Below, piece after piece: positions 22,673-33,376 of a DNA stretch of 64,000 bases. The stretch's first letter is position 1, and each line of letters begins with the position of its first letter. Under the pieces are notes generated by a model, which saw only the letters and a list, made by a program, of their open reading frames with translations, did no database searches and was not told where the DNA came from. The DNA is taken from the NCBI GenBank assembly GCA_963730615.1, contig CAVSSR010000003.1:88-64087 (forward strand), given 5' to 3'. This DNA is from an uncultured Bacteroidales bacterium. Its GTDB lineage: Bacteria > Bacteroidota > Bacteroidia > Bacteroidales > VadinHA17. The translations under genes were made by a program, and so were the position numbers.

Positions 22673-25344
22673 ATGCTTCTGTTTAAACGTATTGTAATAT
22701 CATCCCTGTTTTTTACACTGACTGTCTTCTGTCGCGGGCAGGTTAGTAACAGACCTTTGAAGGATTCTTTAATCGGCAATATCATTGAACAGATCGTACT
22801 CTTTCCGCAGGAGAAATTATATCTTCATACAGATAAGCCGCTTTACATTTCAGGAGAGAAAATATGGTTCAGGGCCTGGCTCGTAGATGCTGTCCTGCAT
22901 ACCCCGGTAATAAATCAGTATGTATATGTTGAATTGATCAGTCCGCTGGACTCATTGGTCACCAGGGTAAAGATCAGACCGGATCATGGAGCCTACAGCG
23001 GTTTTATCGACCTCGATCAAAGACTGCCTGAAGGTAGTTATACCCTGCGTGCATATACTGAGAATATGTTAAATATGGGTGAAGATTACTTTTTCAGGAA
23101 CAGAATCCGTGTCGCCGGTCCCTTCTCGGCAACAGTAAATACAGCTGTTGAATACAGGTATGATGAAAAGGACATGATTACCGCGGAGGTAAGTTTTACA
23201 GATATTAAAACAGGAAAAAAGATAAGTCCTGACAAACTGAAAATGAGTGTCAATTCTCAGCCCCTGAGGGAAGTAAGCATAGCAGATGATACAGTGGCTT
23301 ATTTCCCTTTCAGACTTCCTGACGACAGTAATCACAGAGTGTTGTACATCGAAACCGGTAAAAGCGGGGAATACATGTTCATACCTTATCTGCAGGATGA
23401 TTTTGATGTATCTTTCTATCCTGAAGGCGGTTATCTCCTGGATGGTGTCAGTAGTATTGTGGCTTTTAAGGCTTTGAACTCCGCCGGTCTGCCAGAAAAG
23501 ATTACGGGTAGAATTACAGACAGTGCAGGAAATGAGTATGCACAGATAGAAACGGTTCATGACGGCATGGGTTCATTTTATCTGGCGTCTGAAGAAGGAA
23601 TGGTTTATTATGCTGTCTGCCGAAATGACCGGGGTACAGAAAAGCGTTTCGAACTGCCATCAGCCCGTCAGGGAATGTATGCCCTCGCTGCAGAAATAGT
23701 CAATGACACTTTGTACCTTGCTGTTCTTCAGTCGTCAGATATCAGGGAAGAAAAGGATCTTTTCCTGGTGCTCCACACCAGAGGTATGTTACATTACTCG
23801 GAGCCCTGGGATTATAATTACGATGCCATCTCTTTCAATACGGCATTGTTCCCTTCAGGGGTATTGCAGATCATCCTTTTTGATGGCAATATGAATCCTC
23901 TGAGTGAACGTCTTGTATTTTGTCATAACAATGATCAGGCTCAGATTGTATCTACTGCTGACAGACCGAATTATGAAGCACGTCAACCCGTGAATACTGT
24001 TGTGAAGATAACCGGCCGCGACGGACTGCCACGGGAGGGGACTTTTTCTGTATCTGTTACTGATGACAGTGACATACAACCTGATTCGACCGTGACAATA
24101 ATGACAACTTTGTTGTTATCATCAGACCTGAGAGGCTATATCAATGATCCGTCGTTTTATTTTCAGGAAAAGAATCCACTGGCAGCAAATGCACTCGACC
24201 TGCTGATGCTGACAAACGGCTGGCGCAGGTATAATATCCCGGATGTACTGACCGGGAAATACAGACATCCGGGAATACCGGCAAAATCAGGAATGGAAAT
24301 AACGGGTAAGGTCATAAGCATGATACTCCGCAGACCCGTTGTAAAAGGATCGGTAGCTGCTTTCTCATGGGAAGCAGGATATTTTGAAGAGGCCGAAACG
24401 GATACTGCCGGTTGCTTTGCATTTAAAGGCATTGAATTCGAAGACAGTACAAAATTCATCCTTCAGGCCTTAAACAAAAAGGGAAGCGGAGGGGTTGAGC
24501 TGTTAATTGATTCCGAGAATTATTTCCACGCGCCGCGTATTCTTCCTTTCTGTTTTCGCCTGCAACAGGAAACATAAAGGAAGAGGAACAGCTGAGCAAC
24601 TACATTACTAAAGCTGATACAAAATATACTTTTGAGAACGGTATGCGGACCATATACATTGATGAAGTGATCATAAAAGCAACAGCTCCGAAAAAGAAGG
24701 ATTACAGCTTTTCATATTATATGCCCAAAGTCGCGCAGTCGTCAATGAATATCATTGATTATGAACAAATTGAAGAATACCATCCGATATTACTTTCAGA
24801 AATCATTACTCATATTCCCTTTGTCAGGGTCGAAGGCGGGAAAGTGGTAATTGACAGGATGAGTCTCAGTATGAACGGAACACTATATGCAGTACTGATC
24901 GTTGATGACATGATAATTCACGATTATGATATTGACTCGTTTGACCCTTACAGTATCGAAAGAATAGCTGTCCTGAAAGGGACCCAGGCTGCCATCCTTG
25001 GCGGGGACGGAGCCGGCGGAGCAGTCGTAATTACTACGAGAAAGGGTTATATCCCTAAAGATAATACACCAAACTACAATATCAAAACTGTCACACCACT
25101 GGGATATCAGAGGCCTGCCGAGTTTTATTCACCCAGATATGAGACAGAAGAACAGCGCGAGAGCGGACCGCGTGATCTGCGTACAACTATTTACTGGAAT
25201 CCGAATGTGATCATTTCTCCTTCGGGTGAGGCATGGTTCGACTTTTATTGTGCCGATGCTTCAACCAGTTATACCGTAATGATTGAAGGCGTCACTTCTG
25301 ATGGTATGATCATTCAAAGCAGGAACAGCATTTCCAGAAAGTAG
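22673..25344 (+). pseudogene. Large secreted protein with MG2/carboxypeptidase-regulatory-like N-region and a TonB-receptor plug-like C-region; frame interrupted near 24.55 kb
   Basis: LHTDKPLYISGEKIWFRAWL is an MG2-like start. The C-terminal fragment has IERIAVLKGTQAAILGGDGAGGAVVITTRKG, which is plug-like. Confidence 0.6.
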
Positions 25345-27579
25345 TTACTGAGATCTGGCAACTATGAATTTGACCCTCCTGCCATCATCCGCCAGGATTA
25401 TGTACAGACCGGGCAGGTAGTCGCTGAGATCAATTTCATCCACCTCCGTGCCTTTAAACACAACAGTACCGCGTGAGTTGTATATAATGCAGTCTATCTT
25501 CTGATTTAGCCTGACTTTAGTACCGTATGAGGGGTTGGGATAAACTATGAGTGGATTTTGAGCCAGTGCATCTTCAACAGAGGTGGCGTTATTTGATCTT
25601 CCCGGTGTGGGAACATTGAAAAACACTATTTCGATTGCTCCGTCATTCTTCCTGCCACGGCTGACATCTTCCTGCTGCAACCCGAATGAGACAGTGTCGA
25701 CCATAAGAAAATCTTTATCATAGATGCCTATCTCTTCGCCTTCCTTCGAAAGTTTAAACGACGTATGGTGGTCCCCGGAAGTAATGTTTCCGTCAGCCCA
25801 GAAAAGTGCAAAACCTCCCGGGGTAAGGTTGATCGCGGGTAACTGCCACTTATCCGGATTATCGAAGTTATCTGTCAGATACAGGTCACCAAGATACACA
25901 GTCTTGTTATCACCGTTATAAATTTCAATCCAGTCGCTGTAGTTCCCGAGCTCATCAGCGACAGTTTCCTTATTATCGGCCATGAATTCATTAATAAACA
26001 GCAACGGGGTATTGCCAGATAACGGCCTTATAACTGCAGGTTCGCAGGGTTTGACATTTGTCCGGCCATCCCTGTCAGACACAACTATATTGTAAGTTAC
26101 GGCTGCCGCATCCGGGACACCTTCGAGAGTAACCGAATACATACCCGAACCGGTATAGTTAAGGACAGCTTGCTTATCGGGTCCGCCATCCACAGTATAG
26201 AGTAATGTTGCGCTCAACGGCAATGCTTCCGCCTCGGCATATGCCCTTACCTCAATCCCATGCACCTGATCACGGCGGTGGCTGATATACTTTATCACCG
26301 GCGTCATGGTGCCTGGCTCAAGCTGCTGAGACATTGACAGGCTCCTCGCACTAAGATACGGATAGAGGCCGTATTTGACATGCCCCCCGGTTGGGCCGGT
26401 ATATGAAAGCATAAAATCACCGTAATCATATCCGTAATCGAGCGGGTAATACGGATCAGTTGCAACATATGGAGCGATCATGTTCTTTCGCGACTCAATG
26501 CTTTGTGTCAGGGAATCCATGTCAATGGCATCGTTTATGAGCTGACCGGCATAAAAAGTGAACTGCTGGCGCAGCTCAGGGTTATTGATAAGACGGTCAT
26601 ACAGAGGTCTTTTCTCTGATCCGCCCCGCTTCCAGTCGTAGATATTCCTCTCCGCCCAGTCGATATTGAACCAGTCTATACCAAAAGTATTATCCACATC
26701 ATACGGGATATATTCCATCTTGCCCGTCTCAGTATTGTGATAGAGATAGAAGTTATTCTTGTTATAAATGTACCCGTCCCAGTCGCCGCAAAAGATATCG
26801 GCTGCCATTATTTTCAGGTAATCGTATGTATTAAACAGGGCGTCCAGGTCACATAACAGCCTGTCGTCCGGTGAATTTCCGAGAACATCGACAAATGCGG
26901 CCAGATCAGAATAGTCGTCCTCCTCTTTGTTGGTCGTGAGTTCATAAACCCGCCTGTCTCCTGACATCAGCTTGTAGCTGTCAGGGTCAGCACCCAGGTA
27001 GGCAAGATCAGCAGGATAGAGGCATTTGTAAAGATTGCCATCCTTGTTGCCGAAGCGTGAAAGAGCAAATTCTTCATCGATGTTCTCCACGTTCAGATAT
27101 AACCCGTAATAGTTTCCGTTGATATAAACCCGGACATGATTGGCCCGCGGAGCCGGTATTTCCCATTTCCTGAGTATGTCCCACATTAACTTTGAGCGCA
27201 TGACCGAAGGGTCGTTATGCTCGCCGTTCAGGTTAAGTTTTTCAACTCCGTAATATTTGCCTCCGTCTGTAAATGTATTGAACGAGACCCTGAATGATTT
27301 TTTCTTTGAATTGCGCGATGTGTTTCCCCGGAGCCTGAAGCCCACAGGATCTATTTTATCGTTCACTGTTCCGTTATTGAATTCAAAAACTGCATGAAAC
27401 TCCCGGTCGCTTTCAGGATTATTGTAGATCCAGTCGAGGGTGTCAGGATTGACAGTAATATCAATCCGCGGCACTGTTGTATCGTCATACAGCGGTCCGT
27501 TTTCAGGGAAAGCGGGCTGGGCTGAAATATAATGAGTTAAAAGAAAGCAGATTAATATTCCGGAGAAAACCCTTTTCAT
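25345..27579 (-). CDS. CotH-family protein with lamin-tail (LTD)-like domain and T9SS C-terminal sorting domain
   Basis: GFRLRGNTSRNSKKKSFRVSFN and LNGEHNDPSVMRS are typical of CotH. The C-terminus is VYPNPSYG...GLYIILADDGRRVKFIV. Confidence 0.8.
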   Translation of the reverse strand: MKRVFSGILICFLLTHYISAQPAFPENGPLYDDTTVPRIDITVNPDTLDWIYNNPESDREFHAVFEFNNGTVNDKIDPVGFRLRGNTSRNSKKKSFRVSFNTFTDGGKYYGVEKLNLNGEHNDPSVMRSKLMWDILRKWEIPAPRANHVRVYINGNYYGLYLNVENIDEEFALSRFGNKDGNLYKCLYPADLAYLGADPDSYKLMSGDRRVYELTTNKEEDDYSDLAAFVDVLGNSPDDRLLCDLDALFNTYDYLKIMAADIFCGDWDGYIYNKNNFYLYHNTETGKMEYIPYDVDNTFGIDWFNIDWAERNIYDWKRGGSEKRPLYDRLINNPELRQQFTFYAGQLINDAIDMDSLTQSIESRKNMIAPYVATDPYYPLDYGYDYGDFMLSYTGPTGGHVKYGLYPYLSARSLSMSQQLEPGTMTPVIKYISHRRDQVHGIEVRAYAEAEALPLSATLLYTVDGGPDKQAVLNYTGSGMYSVTLEGVPDAAAVTYNIVVSDRDGRTNVKPCEPAVIRPLSGNTPLLFINEFMADNKETVADELGNYSDWIEIYNGDNKTVYLGDLYLTDNFDNPDKWQLPAINLTPGGFALFWADGNITSGDHHTSFKLSKEGEEIGIYDKDFLMVDTVSFGLQQEDVSRGRKNDGAIEIVFFNVPTPGRSNNATSVEDALAQNPLIVYPNPSYGTKVRLNQKIDCIIYNSRGTVVFKGTEVDEIDLSDYLPGLYIILADDGRRVKFIVARSQ

Positions 27580-27639
27580 CCTGCAATTATACACAATTTA
27601 ATACCTTTATGACCGGTGACAATACTACCGGACAAAAAG

Positions 27640-28980
27640 ATGACAACAAAGACCATTCGAATGACTGACGGGATCGTGGCCATCCGGAAATTCAGACGCA
27701 GCGACAAAGACCGGATGACAGAGCTGGCAAACAATGAAAAAATAAGTGTCAACCTGCGGGATGCCTTTCCTCATCCTTATACTGTTGCTGACGCCGAAGC
27801 GTTCATTGCCGGATGCATCAGACAAAATCCCGTTGAGATCTTCGCCATTGAATACCACGGACAGTATGTCGGGAACATAGGACTGCATAAGCAGAGTGAC
27901 GTTTACAGCAAATCTGCCGAGCTCGGATATTTTATCGGCGAGCCCTACTGGAACAAGGGAATAACGACGAGAGCGGTGAACCTGATATGCGAATACGGTT
28001 TTAAAGAACTGGATATAGTCAGGATCTATTCAGGCATATTTGAATATAATCCGGCATCTCAGCGCGTACTTGAAAAATGCGGGTTTGAGAAGGAAGCCGT
28101 AAGCAAAAATGCTGTCTGCAAAAAGGGTAAGATATATGACGAAATCAGGTATGCCAAATGCCTGAAACTGAAGACTGAGGCCGACGGGAAAAAACAATCC
28201 GATCCGGCGACAGCCAATAAAAAGCAGTGGTACGAGGCGCTCTTTGAAAACTACGGGCATAAATATGATTCTGAGGTTTTCACCCAGGGAACGCAGGGGG
28301 AATGTGACTTCCTTGAAAAGGAGTTCGGTTATGACAAATCACTGAAGATACTTGATGTGGGATGCGGGACGGGCAGACATGCGATAGAGCTGACAAAGAG
28401 GGGATATAACGTTACCGGCATTGACCTGTCAGAATCCCAGCTTCAGGTTGCAAAAGAAAAGGCTGCTGCTAAAAATTTAAAAATAAAGTTCCTGAAGCAC
28501 GATGCCAGAAACCTGCCGTTTGTGAATGAGTTTGATGTGGCGGTAATGCTTTGTGAAGGCGGTTTCCCGCTGATGGAAACGGATGAAATGAATTTTGAGA
28601 TTCTGAAGAATGTGACAAAGTCCTTAAAGAAAAAGTGCAGGTTCATTTTCACCACTCTCAACGGGCTCTTTCCGCTCTATCATTCCGTGGAGCAGTTCTG
28701 TGATTCCGCCACCGGTGAAGGCAATGCGACATACAGAAGCAACACCTTTGATCTGATGACATTCCGTGATCATAATATCACAGAGTTCGAAGATGACAAT
28801 GGCAATAAGAAGACACTTGATTGCAATGAAAGGTATTATGTGCCGAGTGAAATCACATGGCTTCTGAAGTCGCTGGGATTTTCCAAAGTTGAGATATTGG
28901 GTGCAAAACTGGGGGCTTTCTCGAGGAATGACAAGCTGACCACCGAAGATTTCGAAATGCTGGTGGTTGCTGAAAAATAA
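27640..28980 (+). CDS. Fusion protein: GNAT (RimJ/RimL-like) N-acetyltransferase + class I SAM-dependent methyltransferase
   Basis: The N-terminal half has AELGYFIGEPYWNKGITTRAV and NPASQRVLEKCGF. The C-terminal half has motif I ILDVGCGTGRHA. The start is uncertain (27616 GTG, 27640 or 27661 ATG). Confidence 0.75.
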   Translation: MTTKTIRMTDGIVAIRKFRRSDKDRMTELANNEKISVNLRDAFPHPYTVADAEAFIAGCIRQNPVEIFAIEYHGQYVGNIGLHKQSDVYSKSAELGYFIGEPYWNKGITTRAVNLICEYGFKELDIVRIYSGIFEYNPASQRVLEKCGFEKEAVSKNAVCKKGKIYDEIRYAKCLKLKTEADGKKQSDPATANKKQWYEALFENYGHKYDSEVFTQGTQGECDFLEKEFGYDKSLKILDVGCGTGRHAIELTKRGYNVTGIDLSESQLQVAKEKAAAKNLKIKFLKHDARNLPFVNEFDVAVMLCEGGFPLMETDEMNFEILKNVTKSLKKKCRFIFTTLNGLFPLYHSVEQFCDSATGEGNATYRSNTFDLMTFRDHNITEFEDDNGNKKTLDCNERYYVPSEITWLLKSLGFSKVEILGAKLGAFSRNDKLTTEDFEMLVVAEK

Positions 28981-28989
28981 CTGGCATTT

Positions 28990-29165
28990 CCGGTAAGCTG
29001 AAACGACGCCCGATTGGGCTGTCGCCAAAGATTGTTTGCCCTTAGTCCTTGCCCTCACGCTCCCGGGACTGCTTCTCTGCTCCGCAGGATCGCTTCTCCA
29101 GCTCCGTGGGATCGCCAGCATGCCGCATGCTCCATGCTCCATACTTCATGCAACAAGCACATTTT
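28990..29165 (+). repeat. GC-rich intergenic element, family copy E1
   Basis: Ordered motifs: GCCAAAGATTGTTTGCC (29024-29040), TCCGCAGGATCGC (29081-29093), then CATGCCGCATGCTCCATGCTCCATACTTCATGC. Compare 31395-31565. Confidence 0.45.
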
Positions 29166-29332
29166 TTTTCCCTTCGTCATTTTGTCAGGTCATAATAAAC
29201 TTGACTTTCGCAGTTTTCAGTTGTAACTTTGATACAAGAAGGTTTTCTAAAATTACCCTCTCTTAAAAACATTATGGCTTCATCTTAGAAGTACTTCATA
29301 ATGAAATAATTAATTATTTAAACTACTTAAAC

Positions 29333-30330
29333 ATGAAAAAGCTAATTCTTCTTGCATTGTGCTTTACAGCACTTACTGTTTTAAACTCTTCTGCAAAAAT
29401 CTGGAGGGTGAACAGTGCGGGATTACCTGCTGATTTTACTACCATACAGGCAGCGCACGATGCTACTACTGTATTGGCTGGCGACACACTGCACATAGAG
29501 CCATCAGTTGGTTTCTTATGGCGCTTTGGTTTCCACCAAAAAACTTATAATTATTGGACCTGGCTATTTTTTGAATGAAAACTCAGGCCAGCAGGCGAAT
29601 CCGACTACTGCTACCATATCAGATTTTACATTAAATGCAGGATCCGATGGTCAGTAATTTCAGGATTGACGATTACAAGTACCATGTTATATCAGTACCG
29701 GAAATATTACTATTAGCAGAAATAATATTGCTGGTTATATTTATTTATCCAGGGATTATTCTTATTCTAATGTACTGATTTCCGGAAACTACGGTGCTTT
29801 GTGAAATTCATAACTGATGGCGTTCGTAGTGAAACCTTAATTACAAATGTTTTAATTGTCAATAATTATCTTTCTCAAGTTATACTTGACAATCAATTTT
29901 CGGGTGTAGTAGCAAATAATGTATTTGGTAGTACTAATGCAGGATCTAATTTCATTGTAAAGAATAATATTTTCACCACAATATTTTAATGAACTTAGCT
30001 TTTAACGGAAGTTACAATACAATAAGTAATAACCTTAGTGCTTCCGCCAATGGATTGCCCGCAGGAAACGGCAATCAAAACGGTGTTTCAATGACAACTG
30101 TATTTGTTGGAGCTACAGGTAACAGTACTGATGGACAATGGCAGTTAAAAGAGGGTTCGCCTGCTAAAGGTGCCGGGTTAAGCGGTGAAGATTGCGGCAT
30201 ATTTGGCGGTAACACACCTTACCATCTTTCAGGCGTACCTGCCACTCCCTCGATTTATTTGTTAAGCTGCACCTGCTGCCAGCAACGGACCCACCTTGCC
30301 TGTAACTATAAGTGTAAAAACAAATAAATA
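29333..30330 (+). pseudogene. Secreted right-handed beta-helix-like protein; at least four frame interruptions
   Basis: Signal peptide MKKLILLALCFTALTVLNSSA. Fragments 29333-29578, 29801-29989 and 29989-30327, plus unlisted pieces, carry NN(I/V)F-type beta-helix repeats. Confidence 0.5.
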
Positions 30331-30337
30331 ACCTGCT

Positions 30338-31339
30338 ATGCGAAACGATATTTTGCATACTATGCGTTTTGTGCGTAATAGTTGCAAGTGCATCAGCACA
30401 AAACATCAGCCGCATAGAATATTTTTTTAACACCGATCCGGGCTTTGGCCAGGCAACTGCTATTACCGGATTTACACCTTCCGCCAATGTGGCCGGTTTT
30501 CCTGTATCAATAGACGTAAGTTCGGTATCTGATGGTGTTAATATTTTATATATGCGATCCAAAGATGACAACGGCAAATGGAGCATCACCAATGTAATTC
30601 CATTTGTGAAAGTGGATGTAAATACCTACAATATTGCCAGGGCGGAGTATTTTCTGAATACCGATCCCGGCTTTGGTAAGGCAACTCCATTTACATTGCC
30701 CGTTTCAGCGGACATAAGCAAACAAGCCCTTACGCTGAATACTGAATCCGCACCACTGGGTATAAATAACCTGTATATAAGAACTGAAGACAGTCAATGG
30801 AAGTCTGGAGTCTGACTAATCGCCTGGCTTTCATTAAAGGAACTGTAGCAGCCAATATTACAACTCTGGAATATTATATTGATACAGATCCCGGTGTCGG
30901 AAAGGCTACACAGGTTGTACTGACTCCCGGTCAGGATATCAGCAATTACACTTTTAACGTAAATGTTTCTTCTCTGGCGGCTAATTCAACTCATAATTTA
31001 TTTGTCAGGGTGAAAGATACTTATGGGGTATGGGGTTTCACCAATGTAGTGTCATTTACAAGAACTATCGGAACTGGAATTGATGGTATTACCGATGCAT
31101 CAGCAGCGTTTACGGTTTTTCCTAATCCCACGACTGACAGAATTACCCTGCAATGCGCACCTGATAAAGAAATGGACAAAGTGGAACTGATGGATGTTCA
31201 GGGCAAAATAATACAAGTGCAAATCCTCGGAAGCAGTACCGAAAAACAAATAGATATAGGCAAATTTCCTGAGGGTATTTATTTTATTAGGATTTCTTCA
31301 GGTAAAGATGTGATTTATAAAAAGTTGGTGAAAGATTAA
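30338..31339 (+). pseudogene. T9SS-sorted protein with three tandem ~75-aa EYFxNTDPGxGxAT repeats; at least two frame interruptions
   Basis: ATG at 30338, then signal peptide IFCILCVLCVIVASASAQ in the next frame. C-terminal FTVFPNPTTDRITLQ...GIYFIRISSGKDVIYKKLVK is a T9SS CTD. Confidence 0.6.
30402..31085 (+). repeat. Three tandem coding repeats, about 225-228 nt each
   Basis: NISRIEYFFNTDPGFGQAT, NIARAEYFLNTDPGFGKAT and NITTLEYYIDTDPGVGKAT. Each is followed by a D-x-x-G-x-W-(S/G)-x-TN block. Confidence 0.7.
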
Positions 31340-31394
31340 CCAGATATGTATAAATGGTTTATGATGAGAGTGGCGCATGCTGCTATTGTCTTCC

Positions 31395-31565
31395 TGAGAA
31401 TTTCGAGTTAAGCGTCCGGTGCCTGAAAGATTGATTAGCCATAAGCTACTGAAATAAAATTACTTAGACCTGCGCCTAAAACTGAAATGAACTGAGCCTG
31501 TCCGCAGGTTGCGGTTGGCAACTATTACTGCCCCATGCCTTGTGCTCTATGCACCAAAAAAACCG
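31395..31565 (+). repeat. GC-rich intergenic element, family copy E2
   Basis: GCCTGAAAGATTGATTAGCC (31421-31440), TCCGCAGGTTGCG (31501-31513) and CTGCCCCATGCCTTGTGCTCTATGCACC (31528-31555), in the same order as E1. Confidence 0.45.
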
Positions 31566-31893
31566 CAATATCCTTACTTTCTGAATAGTCCTTTTACCCT
31601 TTTCGGGTTATATAAGGGTATTTTTGCTAATCGCCTGCATAACGAACCGGCAACGTTTTGATCTTTGAGAACATAAAATCTTCCTTTCCCTGATTTACAT
31701 CCCATATTGAAGACTTCATTTAGCAAATTATAACTGGAATTCATTTCTTCTTTCACGGAAATATTTCCGGCTTCATTTTATTCTTTAACTTTAAGGATGG
31801 CAGACAAATCCAAAAATCTAATTAAAAATGACGCAGAAGCCCCGATTTTATGATTTAAAGGAAATTGGCAATGTTCTCTTAAACATCTGTGTC

Positions 31894-32518
31894 ATGCAAA
31901 CAACAGCAAATCATAAAGCCATAATCACAATAATCCTCGCCATTTTTATCGTGTCAATCGTTAATGCCCAAAATCCGGGTTCTTCACCAGTGAAATCAAA
32001 CCAACTTTCGGAATCAATTCAAAAAAACATAGATGCAATAGCACACACTATCAGAACTGATATCTTATCTACAATTAAGGCGCCCCTGGAACTTAGTCAG
32101 GATTATCCGCTCAAAATAAAATTATCATATTCAAAAGAAGGACCGATGATTGTTGGAATGTATTCTGGTTTAATCATAATGGGGCATGCAACTATGGCAA
32201 TTTCAAATTCAGAAACTGGCATTAGTTCTTCAGTTTCTGACAGTCTGGCCTCTTCAGAAAAACCAATTGTAATTCAAAATAATATTGTTTTTGTCGGCAA
32301 TCCGCCAATACCTGGCCAGGAACTTTACATTCCATATTGAACATGGTGAATATTTCTGTTCAGGCAATTTTTCTATTAAGGATATTCCCATGTATTTTGA
32401 AAGAGGTACTATGATATGTACAGACGCTGTTAAACCTTGTACCTTTTCTGAAGGCAGTAGCTTTTTCCTTGACACTGTAAATTACATATATTCAAAGGGC
32501 AACTGGATTAAAAACTAA
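31894..32518 (+). pseudogene. Hypothetical secreted protein; one apparent frame interruption
   Basis: MQTTANHKAIITIILAIFIVSIVNAQ signal. Fragment 32285-32518 continues in a shifted frame. Confidence 0.4.
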
Positions 32519-32523
32519 CTAGT

Positions 32524-33376
32524 ATGAAGAGATTGTGTGTTATTTTCTGTTTGACAGGTATATGGGTATCAACTAGTGCTCAAACTAAACCTGACATTGA
32601 ATGGGTGGATATACCTGCCGGTACTTTTACAATGGGTAGTCCTTTAAATGAAAGTAGCAGGAGGCAGGATGAAGCCCAGTATCAGGTTAAACTGAGTGAA
32701 TTTAAAATCAGTAAATATGAAATTACAGTTAAGCAGTTTAAAGAGTTTGTTGATGCTACCGGCTATGTGACTGATGCGGAATTGAAGAATGGTTATGATG
32801 GAAGTGTTGTGTGGTCCGGGAAATATATACCGGTTGCTGGTGTAAACTGGAAATGTGATACAAGGGGAAATCTGCGACAAACTGCTGAATATAACCATCC
32901 TGTTCTATTCGTTAGCTGGGCCGATGCAACTGCGTTCGCAGAGTGGATGAACTGCAGGCTGCCTACGGAAGCAGAATGGGAATATGTTTGCAGGGCAGGT
33001 ACAAAAACACCTTTTTGTACTGGTGATTTCTTAACTTATTACGAGAAGTATTTTGATGTCAAAATGTCATTTAATACGGATACCGGAGCAAAATATTTTG
33101 GATTCACTCTGCCTGTTGGTACTATGCCTCCAAATCAATGGGGTGTTTGTGATATGCATGGTAATGTTTCTGAATGGTGCAGGGACTGGTATGGTAATTA
33201 CCCGACTAGCGCTTCAGGAAAATCCGAAAGGCCCGGTTACTGGCGAGTACCGTGTTTACCGTGGCGGTGCCTGGTTATCACCGGAAGAAGGTTGCCGCAG
33301 TGCAGTCCGATCTTATGATGATCCAATTCAACTACGCACAAACTGGATTGGTTTTAGAATTGTAACCACAAAGTGA
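32524..33376 (+). pseudogene. Formylglycine-generating-enzyme (SUMF1/FGE-sulfatase) domain protein, secreted; frame interrupted once
   Basis: IEWVDIPAGTFTMGSP, HPVLFVSWADATAFAEWMNCRLPTEAEWEY, MHGNVSEWCRDWY and YRGGAW. Confidence 0.8.

Noticed and set aside
29333-31339. Programmed ribosomal frameshifting in the beta-helix/T9SS genes
   Set aside because: There are too many shifts (at least six) with no consistent slippery heptamer or downstream structure, and the same kind of interruption occurs window-wide. Assembly error or decay is more likely.
31574-31756. 60-aa minus-strand ORF (MKEEMNSSYNLLNEVFNMGCKSGKGRFYVLKDQ...), considered as a toxin-antitoxin or GIY-YIG fragment
   Set aside because: I could not confirm any motif for RelE/HigB/GIY-YIG. 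It stands alone in a spacer that also holds a repeat element and a hairpin.
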